A stretch of 31,068 nucleotides of DNA from a virus (taxonomy: Duplodnaviria; Caudoviricetes): the IMG/VR virus record IMGVR_UViG_3300021957_000181, positions 1-31,068 of that record; one strand, written 5' to 3'. Below are positions 23,684 to 31,068 of the stretch, one piece after another (the stretch's first letter is position 1; each line of letters opens with the position of its first letter). The notes beneath the pieces are model-generated. The model saw only the letters and a program-made list of their open reading frames with translations, searched no databases and had not been told where the DNA came from. A program made the position numbers and the translations under genes.

Positions 23684-24726
23684 GCTTCCTCAACAATATC
23701 TTCCATGTCCACCAAGGATTGGTGTCCAATACTATATTGTTTATTTAGGAAAGTTTTAAAGTCTGTATTTGCAAAAATTGGCGTCCAAAATTCTTTTTCT
23801 AAAGTTTTGTCATGACGAACTTTAGCTCCAACTTCTCCAGTAGCTTGATCAACCGGAGCATACCAACCATTTGAAGGCTTAGTAGCATATCCACCAGCAA
23901 GAGCACAATCGAGCAAGCCGGAATATTTGCGAACACCGCCATCCCAAGACACTGTAATAGGAATCTTAGATTTTTCTTTAACGTAACGACTTTTCTCTAC
24001 ATTAATTACAAAATGATAGCCTTGAATCTCTGTGCCTTTCTTATCTTGCTGGCGACCCAGAATCCAGATGTTATCTGCACTATAGTAAATGCCAGTACCA
24101 CCACCAACAACTGCCTTGGGAAATAAACCAATCTCCATATACGTATGGTTGACAGCAATGAGAGGAATGTTTTTCATTGTAAGATATGGCGTACTCATGC
24201 GAAATAAACCTTTTAAGGCTTTTGCACGTGACATATCTGCAACTGATTTTTCATTGATAGCGTCATCTAATTCTTTCTTAGATGCTAGATTACCGATAGA
24301 ATCGATTACAATAATTACCTTATCATTTCTATCTATTGCTTCAAGCTGGCCAATTAAATCAAATTTAAGTTCTTCTACATTAGCAATAGGTGTATGCAAG
24401 ATACGAGATGTATCAATATCAAATTGTTCGAAGTATGATTGTGGCGAACCAAATTCAGAATCATAAAATAGCATCACAGCTTCTGGATATTTTTTAAGAT
24501 ATGCACCAGCCATTAGAAGAGCAAAGGATGTTTTAAAATGTTTTGATGGCCCAGCTAAAACTGTTAAGCCGGGAGCTAACCCTCCGTCTACTGAACCTGA
24601 AAGTGCTACGTTTATCATAGGCACATCAGTTGGTGTCATATCTACTTCTGTAAAAAACTTAGAGTCAGCGAGGACTTCAGAGGTTTTGATTTTACTGTTT
24701 TTCTTCAGTTTGTCCATAATTGACAT
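23680..24726 (-). CDS. uvsX: RecA-like recombinase UvsX
   Basis: AGPSKHFKT, YDSEFG, IDSIGNLASKKE and EKSRYVKEK. Confidence 0.96.
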   Translation of the reverse strand: MSIMDKLKKNSKIKTSEVLADSKFFTEVDMTPTDVPMINVALSGSVDGGLAPGLTVLAGPSKHFKTSFALLMAGAYLKKYPEAVMLFYDSEFGSPQSYFEQFDIDTSRILHTPIANVEELKFDLIGQLEAIDRNDKVIIVIDSIGNLASKKELDDAINEKSVADMSRAKALKGLFRMSTPYLTMKNIPLIAVNHTYMEIGLFPKAVVGGGTGIYYSADNIWILGRQQDKKGTEIQGYHFVINVEKSRYVKEKSKIPITVSWDGGVRKYSGLLDCALAGGYATKPSNGWYAPVDQATGEVGAKVRHDKTLEKEFWTPIFANTDFKTFLNKQYSIGHQSLVDMEDIVEEA

Positions 24727-25516
24727 TTTGTTCTTTCTCTCTTTCGTCTAATTCGTATTGAGATCTATAATTATTATTAATTCTAATACATTCTTCAATA
24801 ATTGTAAACCCGTTATCGTAATTAAATAGTGCTGAAGTGTCTTTTGGGAAACATGCTCCGCCATAACCTTGTTTACTATCAAATCCTGGAACCTTAGTAT
24901 GTGATTGACCAATCCGTGGATCAGATCCAATGGCACGAGAAATCTTATTAAAGTTTACACCTTCTTTTTGAGCTAAGTCATATAGCTGATTGAAGAATGT
25001 AACTTTCAGAGATAAGAAATTATTGATGCCATATTTAATTAAACTTGCTTCTTTGTGGCTTACTTTAAATACCGGACAAGGATTACACAAACTATAATTG
25101 TCATATAGTTTTTTTACATAACTAGTAGAAAAATCTGAACCGCCTAAGATATGGAAAGGAGGATTTACGAAATCTTCTTTTGCTGATTTCTCAGTTAAAA
25201 ATTCCGGATTGTAAACTAAAAACTCTGCATTACTATACAAATCAAAAAAGTCTGGAGTAATAGTTGATTTTATAATAATAATCATATTATCTGACAATTT
25301 GCTAAGAACATTTCTTACTATAGAATAATCTACAGTGCCGTCCTTGCCCATTGGTGTAGGTACACAAATAAAAGCTACACTATATTTTGTTTGGTCAATA
25401 TCATCTATTGTTGTTCCATATTTTGGATCAATAATAGTTTTTTCAATATCTGGATGTTGGAAACCATAATCGACAGCCTGACCTACAAAACCATGGCCAA
25501 TGATTAACATTTTCAT
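24692..25516 (-). CDS. ugd: UDP-glucose/GDP-mannose 6-dehydrogenase family (short form)
   Basis: GHGFVG, ICVPTP, IKSTI, NPEFL and GYGGACFPKD; lacks the usual C-terminal domain. Confidence 0.85.
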   Translation of the reverse strand: MKMLIIGHGFVGQAVDYGFQHPDIEKTIIDPKYGTTIDDIDQTKYSVAFICVPTPMGKDGTVDYSIVRNVLSKLSDNMIIIIKSTITPDFFDLYSNAEFLVYNPEFLTEKSAKEDFVNPPFHILGGSDFSTSYVKKLYDNYSLCNPCPVFKVSHKEASLIKYGINNFLSLKVTFFNQLYDLAQKEGVNFNKISRAIGSDPRIGQSHTKVPGFDSKQGYGGACFPKDTSALFNYDNGFTIIEECIRINNNYRSQYELDEREKEQNVNYGQTEEKQ

Positions 25517-25947
25517 TTAGTTTTCTCCGTTTCATAAACTCGTTTACGTAGATCAGATGTAGAAAATCTGTGATCTCTTTTATTATAATAAATTTCAATA
25601 TTACGCTGGGAACAAATATCCCGCCCAGTAAACTTCATTGATTTATATTCTTGGCCAATGATACGTAAATCTAAATCAAACATTTGTAAAATATCTTTTA
25701 GATCTTCTTCAGTTTGATATGGAATAATTTCATCAACATATTTCACGCTTTGCAATTGCATCCAACGCTCAACTAATGTTTGAACTGGTGAGTTTTTGTC
25801 TTTTCTATCTGCAGATGGGTCTACTTGTAAAGCACAAATCAAATAATCACAATGTTCTTTTGCTTCACGAAGCATCGAGCAATGACCAGCGTGTAGCAAA
25901 TCAAATGTAGATGCAGTAAGACCTACTGTCCTTTTAGAATGTTCCAT
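25513..25947 (-). CDS. TagD-like (glycerol-3-phosphate-type) cytidylyltransferase
   Basis: FDLLHAGH HIGH motif, KYVDEII, RFSTSDLR. Confidence 0.85.
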   Translation of the reverse strand: MEHSKRTVGLTASTFDLLHAGHCSMLREAKEHCDYLICALQVDPSADRKDKNSPVQTLVERWMQLQSVKYVDEIIPYQTEEDLKDILQMFDLDLRIIGQEYKSMKFTGRDICSQRNIEIYYNKRDHRFSTSDLRKRVYETEKTK

Positions 25948-26624
25948 GTTTCTTTCCAATCTTTTACATGATAAACTAATCCGCCATAAATGTGTAGCTT
26001 ATTATATAGTGAATGATCATTACCACCAAGTTCGCAGTTGTCACCAAAGAAATAAATTTCGTCGTTGCTTATGTCAAAGTCTTTTAAAATTTGAGACTTA
26101 TCGCCTCCAGGTGGTGTAATATCTATGCCTGTTTCTCCAGCAATTTCAAATTTAATATCTGGATATTTTTTAGACATTTTATCTGCAATAGATGCACGTT
26201 CGTTTTTATGCTCATCCCACTGTTTATACATACTACGTTGTTCTAAATTGCATCCTCGACCAACAATTGAAAAATTTACAAGGCCTGGACGCTCATCAAA
26301 ATGCGTTCCAGTTTTATGGTAAAATTTTGATTCTTTTAAAATAATCTCTAAATCTGCACGAACATTATTTGGCATATCCCAATGGTTAGATCGAATATGT
26401 TTATCCTGCTCCCATACGTCATTACCAGAACATTGATATACGCGCTGACAATTATTATAAATCTCAGGCGTTAATTGTTCTATAGTTTTTTCTCGGTCTG
26501 AACCAGTAACAATATACACTTCCATATTTGTTACAAACTTTTTAAACCATAATTCAAATTCAGGATCTATACGTTGGCGCGATGGCGTTAGCGTACCATC
26601 TACATCAAAAAGATATTTTTGCAT
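25923..26624 (-). CDS. HAD-IIB phosphomannomutase-like enzyme
   Basis: LFDVDGTLTPSR, NFSIVGR, DKSQ and FFGD...GGND motifs of eukaryote-type PMM. Confidence 0.85.
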   Translation of the reverse strand: MQKYLFDVDGTLTPSRQRIDPEFELWFKKFVTNMEVYIVTGSDREKTIEQLTPEIYNNCQRVYQCSGNDVWEQDKHIRSNHWDMPNNVRADLEIILKESKFYHKTGTHFDERPGLVNFSIVGRGCNLEQRSMYKQWDEHKNERASIADKMSKKYPDIKFEIAGETGIDITPPGGDKSQILKDFDISNDEIYFFGDNCELGGNDHSLYNKLHIYGGLVYHVKDWKETWNILKGQ

Positions 26625-26625
26625 T

Positions 26626-26835
26626 TTATCGATGTCCTATATCGTATGGCGCCCAAGGATAATTACGATCAATTTGAGTATTTTTCTTTGGTGGGCTTAA
26701 TTCATTGATTCGCTTATAAGCATATTGCAATTGTTCTTGCAATTGATGCACATTATTTTCAAGTAAGTCTATTCTATTGGCCTGTGCCACAATAATCTTT
26801 CGATTCTTTTCAGCTTCCATTTCATCTGGTAACAT
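26626..26835 (-). CDS. Small coiled-coil hypothetical protein
   Basis: 69 aa; translationally coupled. Confidence 0.65.
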   Translation of the reverse strand: MLPDEMEAEKNRKIIVAQANRIDLLENNVHQLQEQLQYAYKRINELSPPKKNTQIDRNYPWAPYDIGHR

Positions 26836-27767
26836 TAAAACACTCCATTTCTGTAAACGTATTCCAGGGCATTATTTGCTTCTTTTTCAATAGCCCTATT
26901 TTCATACCATCGACCATGATCATTATCAAAAGCGCGACATAGGTCTTCGATTTCTTTTGATGTAATAGGGTAACCTTTTTCTACAGCTTTACCAGCAACA
27001 GCAATCATAATTTGATACATTTTGTGATACCAACCAGTATTGTTTATTGTTGTGTAATCTGATGCCAGTTTCTTTGGCCAAAATGGGCAATCATAATAAC
27101 CGGACCAGCTATACTCAGTATTCTCTAATGAACTTTTACGATGTTCAATTATTTGTTTTCGCCACTCATCTGGGAGACGGTCGAGAAAATTGCCGGAATC
27201 TCTTGTATCATCGTATTTATGTCGAGCAAGTAGCTCGTCCACATCAATAGGAATACCAGTATTCCGGAAAATAAAGTTAAAAGCACTACTGTAATTCGCA
27301 GGGACATAATACATTCTGCTGAGATCCTTAGTTTGGCGATCTCCGATGCTGTCAAGTTCGGTGTTGAGGGCCCACCAAAAGTGCTTGATTTCATCTTGCT
27401 GTATATTTCTATCAAGTCTAAATACAAGCCGGAACTTGGGTAGTTTTTCCAAACTAGAAGCAGTACTATAGCAAATGAAATCCCATAAGCCAAACTTATC
27501 GATAAGGGTATCATTCAAATCTCCTTCAGGTGTCCAATCATCAACATCAACAGCGCACCAGCCTGACCAAGCCAATACGTTCTTGTTGGCCCTAGTTGTG
27601 CCAATATTATAAACAGCTGGTGATATAAGTTCTGCATCAGTTTTTCCTTCTAATGGTCTTTCAGACAATTTAAAGAAAAACTTTGAAAACTTATCCCATG
27701 TTTCAAAATCAAATCTTTTATCTGTTTTATTATCAAATCTACTGGTGAATACAGTCAAAGAATACAT
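26835..27767 (-). CDS. AEP-superfamily primase-polymerase-like protein
   Basis: AVDVDD, YSTAS...KFRLVF and D.SRMYYVP motifs; helical C-terminal domain. Confidence 0.65.
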   Translation of the reverse strand: MYSLTVFTSRFDNKTDKRFDFETWDKFSKFFFKLSERPLEGKTDAELISPAVYNIGTTRANKNVLAWSGWCAVDVDDWTPEGDLNDTLIDKFGLWDFICYSTASSLEKLPKFRLVFRLDRNIQQDEIKHFWWALNTELDSIGDRQTKDLSRMYYVPANYSSAFNFIFRNTGIPIDVDELLARHKYDDTRDSGNFLDRLPDEWRKQIIEHRKSSLENTEYSWSGYYDCPFWPKKLASDYTTINNTGWYHKMYQIMIAVAGKAVEKGYPITSKEIEDLCRAFDNDHGRWYENRAIEKEANNALEYVYRNGVF

Positions 27768-30328
27768 TATGCAAAGAATTCCTCCAAGGTTGCTACCGGT
27801 TCATGTGTCCAATCCATAGCATCAAGGATTGGCTTTAACGGCTCAATAAACGTCTTCCCAAACATTATATCATAGTTTACATACTGATGTAAACCAAATT
27901 CTTTAGGTAAAATCCCAGGAAATGACACAACATTTTCTTTTGTAGGATTCGGGACTTTTAAGTAAATAAACTTGATCTTTTCACCAGTTTTGATTGACTC
28001 ATAACGTTTAGATAAATTTAATTGTTTAAGCCGGTTGTTATATAGCAGAGATCCACGAACATGAATTGGTGTGCCTTTTGTGTATATCAGTTTGCTATCT
28101 TTCCATTTGTTTAGAGCTGTTACACCACGCGGGAATGCTACTGCTTCTGGTGGTAAGCTATTAAACTCTCGTTTAAAATCAGCAATAAATGCTTGAGTTT
28201 CAGATTCAGAACTATTTATGATTACTTTAAACACTTCTTTAAATTTATTGCGAACTACTTCAGGAGTAGAAGACTTAATAGCTTCAATACCCATCATTTT
28301 GAGTTTGGGCTCGGCAAACTGTACACCTTCAGAGTTATGTACGTTTAGAATATATCTTTTCTTTGCTGTCCATATGCCACGATCAGCAATAACTTCTCGA
28401 GCCATTTCCATACGAGGAGTATAGCCATTCATGATAAAGAAAAACTCATCATATGATTTTGCCATAACTTTTTCAAAATGATCTTTACATATTTTATCTA
28501 AAAACTTAACAGGATCTTTTGGTTTAAACTTTTCAATAAGAGGACCCATATTGACATAGATAGAATCAGTATCAATCGCAACGATATAATCTTTATTTGC
28601 TTTTGTAATATCGTTCATGGCTTTGTTCATACATTGCTCTGCCCACTTGATAACAGTCTGGCCAGTAAGTGTAACAGATTCTGCCAGTGCATTATCAAAA
28701 TATTTAAAGTACTTATTAGCAAGAGCGCCATATAAAGAGTTAAGCAAGATTTTAATGGCCATCTGATTGTTTTCAGCTTGGTTAATCTTAGAAAGAAGAG
28801 ATTTATCTTTTGTCTTCTCATATGCAGATTGCGCATCAAGCATTTGGCGTTTAATAGTTGAACGTTCAGCATAGTAGTCAACAATCAATTCGGGAATAAT
28901 ACCTTGGTTTGTCCGGTCATAGGGCACGCCAGATGAGGCGAGAGCATACGTATCACTAACTTGCTTTGTACGATCATGTTCAGAAAGATAATAATCTACA
29001 CCTTGTGGAAAACGTATAGTGTAATCTTTAACAAGTGTTTCAGGTGAAATGTTTTGTTGAACAATAATATTTGGATATAGAGAATTAAGATCAAATGATA
29101 CTACCCAGTCATGGGAGCCAACCTGTGGATCTTTTACATAACCACCGGCAATGCTGCCGGGTTTTCCCGCAGCTGCATCACGAGCATCCGCGCCAAGAAC
29201 TGAGTATGGAACTTTTTTAATCTGATCGACTGGACAAATAACATTCTTACTTAATAGTCGCCGATAGATAATTGATTCCCAAATATTAGTAGTGCCAAAT
29301 GTATCGTTAATATTGACGCCACCTTTATACGCCATAGTTAAAGCCAAAGAAATAAGGCCCATTTTCTGGTCAATACGATCTACTAGCTGGACGTCTTTAA
29401 TGTTATAGTCAATAAACTTTTGGTGGTCTTCTTTATACAAAGTATATAGATTACCGTGTTCTTCATATGATAGCTTACGATCGCCAAGAACAACATAACC
29501 AATATGATCAAGTTTATAAGATTCTTGAGCACCATATGAGTAACCAAACTTTTGAAATAATTCAAGATAATCTGCCTGTTGGATTCCAACAATTTCATAT
29601 GCTGGTAAGATCCTTTGCATTTTCTTTACATCACGTGGATTTACCATATTCCAAGGTGAAAGGCGTCTTGCAGCTGTTTCTGAACCAATCAATGTAATAC
29701 GGTTTACAAGATATGGAATATCAAAGAAACGAGAGTTCCAACCAGTAATTACGTCAGGATAGTTTTTAGTCCAATAGCCAAGAAACTTTGCTAGCAATTC
29801 CTCTTCAGAATTGCAATGGTGATATTGAATTTGATCACCATATAAATCAATATCGCACTTGGCTGGATCATACGAATCTAATCCCCAGACCTGGTAGATT
29901 GAAGACTTACTAGATTTTAGAGCAATAGAAATAATTGGATAAGCTGCTTCTTCTGGCGTTGGAAACCCGTCGTCTGAAGCCACCTCAATATCAAAGTTTA
30001 CAACATTAATATGATTAATATTAAAATCAATATTAGTTGGAAATTTTTCTGTAATAAACTGATGAATATAATTTGTTGTGCCAAAGATACTAACATCATT
30101 TACATCTTTATATTGCTCAACATATTCTTTAGCGTCGCGCATACTATTAATACCTCTTACAGGTACTAAGTCATGGCCAAACAAAGACTTGATTTCAGAC
30201 TTGTTTTGAGATGCACGGTATAACGTAGGAGCAAATTTAATTTTATTTTGAATAGAGCTACCGTTAGCGGTATAGCCACGGTACAAAATAGAATTGCCGT
30301 AACGATTTACTGATGTATAGAATTCCAA
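27767..30328 (-). CDS. gp43: Family B DNA polymerase, T4 gp43 (TTG start)
   Basis: Exo DIE and FDIPY; [26 protein letters not shown]; C-terminal clamp-binding TLEEFF; GGAGGT SD. Confidence 0.97.
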   Translation of the reverse strand: MEFYTSVNRYGNSILYRGYTANGSSIQNKIKFAPTLYRASQNKSEIKSLFGHDLVPVRGINSMRDAKEYVEQYKDVNDVSIFGTTNYIHQFITEKFPTNIDFNINHINVVNFDIEVASDDGFPTPEEAAYPIISIALKSSKSSIYQVWGLDSYDPAKCDIDLYGDQIQYHHCNSEEELLAKFLGYWTKNYPDVITGWNSRFFDIPYLVNRITLIGSETAARRLSPWNMVNPRDVKKMQRILPAYEIVGIQQADYLELFQKFGYSYGAQESYKLDHIGYVVLGDRKLSYEEHGNLYTLYKEDHQKFIDYNIKDVQLVDRIDQKMGLISLALTMAYKGGVNINDTFGTTNIWESIIYRRLLSKNVICPVDQIKKVPYSVLGADARDAAAGKPGSIAGGYVKDPQVGSHDWVVSFDLNSLYPNIIVQQNISPETLVKDYTIRFPQGVDYYLSEHDRTKQVSDTYALASSGVPYDRTNQGIIPELIVDYYAERSTIKRQMLDAQSAYEKTKDKSLLSKINQAENNQMAIKILLNSLYGALANKYFKYFDNALAESVTLTGQTVIKWAEQCMNKAMNDITKANKDYIVAIDTDSIYVNMGPLIEKFKPKDPVKFLDKICKDHFEKVMAKSYDEFFFIMNGYTPRMEMAREVIADRGIWTAKKRYILNVHNSEGVQFAEPKLKMMGIEAIKSSTPEVVRNKFKEVFKVIINSSESETQAFIADFKREFNSLPPEAVAFPRGVTALNKWKDSKLIYTKGTPIHVRGSLLYNNRLKQLNLSKRYESIKTGEKIKFIYLKVPNPTKENVVSFPGILPKEFGLHQYVNYDIMFGKTFIEPLKPILDAMDWTHEPVATLEEFFA

Positions 30329-30342
30329 ATGAATTACCTCCG

Positions 30343-30402
30343 TTTGGTATATTCTATCATAAATTTAAGATTTTGTAAACAAAAAAAAGGGCCGAAGCCC
30401 TT
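30343..30402 (-). promoter_or_regulatory. Terminator + sigma70-type promoter upstream of gp43 (diverged cassette)
   Basis: AAGGGC-TTCG-GCCCTTTTTTTT, then GTTTACA (-35 at 30374-30379), 17 bp, TAGAAT (30351-30356). Confidence 0.85.
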
Positions 30403-30415
30403 AATTTATTTTTTG

Positions 30416-30574
30416 TCATTCTAAACCTATACAAGGAATAAGAATAGATTGTTTGCAGTTATCTGGATAAGCAATAGCTGAGCCAAGTATAGGCAAACCC
30501 ACCATTATAATAGTAATAAGCAAGAACGCCCAGCCTAGGCCTTTGGTTGTGCAATAATTAGTTTGTTCACTCAT
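30416..30574 (-). CDS. Small membrane protein (52 aa; not in ORF track)
   Basis: MSEQTNYCTTKGLGWAFLLITIIMVGLPILGSAIAYPDNC...; TAATG coupling. Confidence 0.6.
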   Translation of the reverse strand: MSEQTNYCTTKGLGWAFLLITIIMVGLPILGSAIAYPDNCKQSILIPCIGLE

Positions 30575-30786
30575 TATTTTTTATCAGATACAAAGGAATA
30601 CATTTCCTTTGCTTTTTCTTGAAGCTCTTCCATTGTGTACATTGTTGGAACTTCTTCAATAGTTTTTTTACCAGCTTCTACCATCTGGGCAAACAAAGCT
30701 GTGTTTAATTCTACTTGTTTATCCATATAGTCCTTTGCCATAGCAAGGATGTCTGCACGGATTTCGAATGGATTTTTATTAGTCAT
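30574..30786 (-). CDS. Hypothetical protein
   Basis: KNPFEIR...AKDY...A..MYSFV motif; AGGAG SD. Confidence 0.75.
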   Translation of the reverse strand: MTNKNPFEIRADILAMAKDYMDKQVELNTALFAQMVEAGKKTIEEVPTMYTMEELQEKAKEMYSFVSDKK

Positions 30787-30812
30787 AATAGACTCCTGTG
30801 TGTGTGTGATTA

Positions 30813-30834
30813 AGAGGGCGATTTCCCGCCCTCT
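30813..30834. terminator. Intergenic hairpin (terminator or processing site)
   Basis: AGAGGGCG-N6-CGCCCTCT; only a weak T tail on the minus strand. Confidence 0.5.
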
Positions 30835-30847
30835 GATTTTTTGTTAT

Positions 30848-31021
30848 TTAGTCACGCAATCTGGCAACTTCCATCATGCACGCTTTCGCTTCCTCTTGAT
30901 AACCAAGCCTTGCGAGCTCCGCTGCCGCTCTCGAGTATCCCACCACTTGGATGAAACGATCGAATGAAGACCACAAACCCGACAAGGGTGAGAAAACATA
31001 GTTTGCTGCCAAAGTTGTCAT
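30848..31021 (-). CDS. Small hypothetical protein
   Basis: MTTLAANY...GYSRAAAELARLGY; GAGG SD. Confidence 0.65.
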   Translation of the reverse strand: MTTLAANYVFSPLSGLWSSFDRFIQVVGYSRAAAELARLGYQEEAKACMMEVARLRD

Positions 31022-31068
31022 TAGACCCACCCTCTTAGATTTTCATTTGAACGCGCAACGTGATAAAT

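Noticed and set aside
1802-29598. Out-of-frame minus-strand ORFs nested in larger genes (e.g. 5798-6205, 14285-14713, 21413-21742, 27149-27514)
   Set aside because: Fully overlapped by motif-bearing genes; they look like alternative-frame noise.
27767-30328. Intein, intron or split in gp43 (also checked gp41, uvsX, thyX)
   Set aside because: Lengths are normal and motifs are continuous.
30797-30808. (TG)n microsatellite
   Set aside because: Short; reads as an unstructured ACACAC spacer before the AGGAG SD, with no evidence of phase variation.
1555-30967. All plus-strand ORFs in the track (e.g. 3445-3801, 11703-12116, 21786-22262, 24089-24466)
   Set aside because: They are antisense shadows of well-supported minus-strand genes, with no SD or promoter support and no recognisable motifs.

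Overview
A 31 kb segment of an AT-rich T4-like (Tevenvirinae-like) myophage genome, coded almost entirely on the minus strand. The host is probably a marine alphaproteobacterium, inferred from a circularly permuted alphaproteobacterial-type tmRNA. In transcription order (right to left) it holds: a replication block (gp43 polymerase, AEP primase-like, UvsX, gp41 helicase, ThyX) interleaved with nucleotide-sugar genes; an early operon for cytosine hypermodification (DenA-like nuclease, dCMP hydroxymethylase-type enzyme, dCMP deaminase, glycosyltransferase-like, UDP-uronate epimerase, C5-MTase); small early ORFs separated by repeated terminator+promoter cassettes; a two-piece tmRNA with an ORF in its intervening segment; a late operon of exported proteins; and late genes with capsid-targeting-like N-termini. 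The most unusual signals are (1) a 70-codon gene with its own promoter and terminator whose coding strand has only one G after the ATG, and (2) a basic ORF inside the tmRNA intervening segment that would become a non-stop mRNA once the tmRNA is processed. All assignments come from reading motifs by eye; no searches were run.
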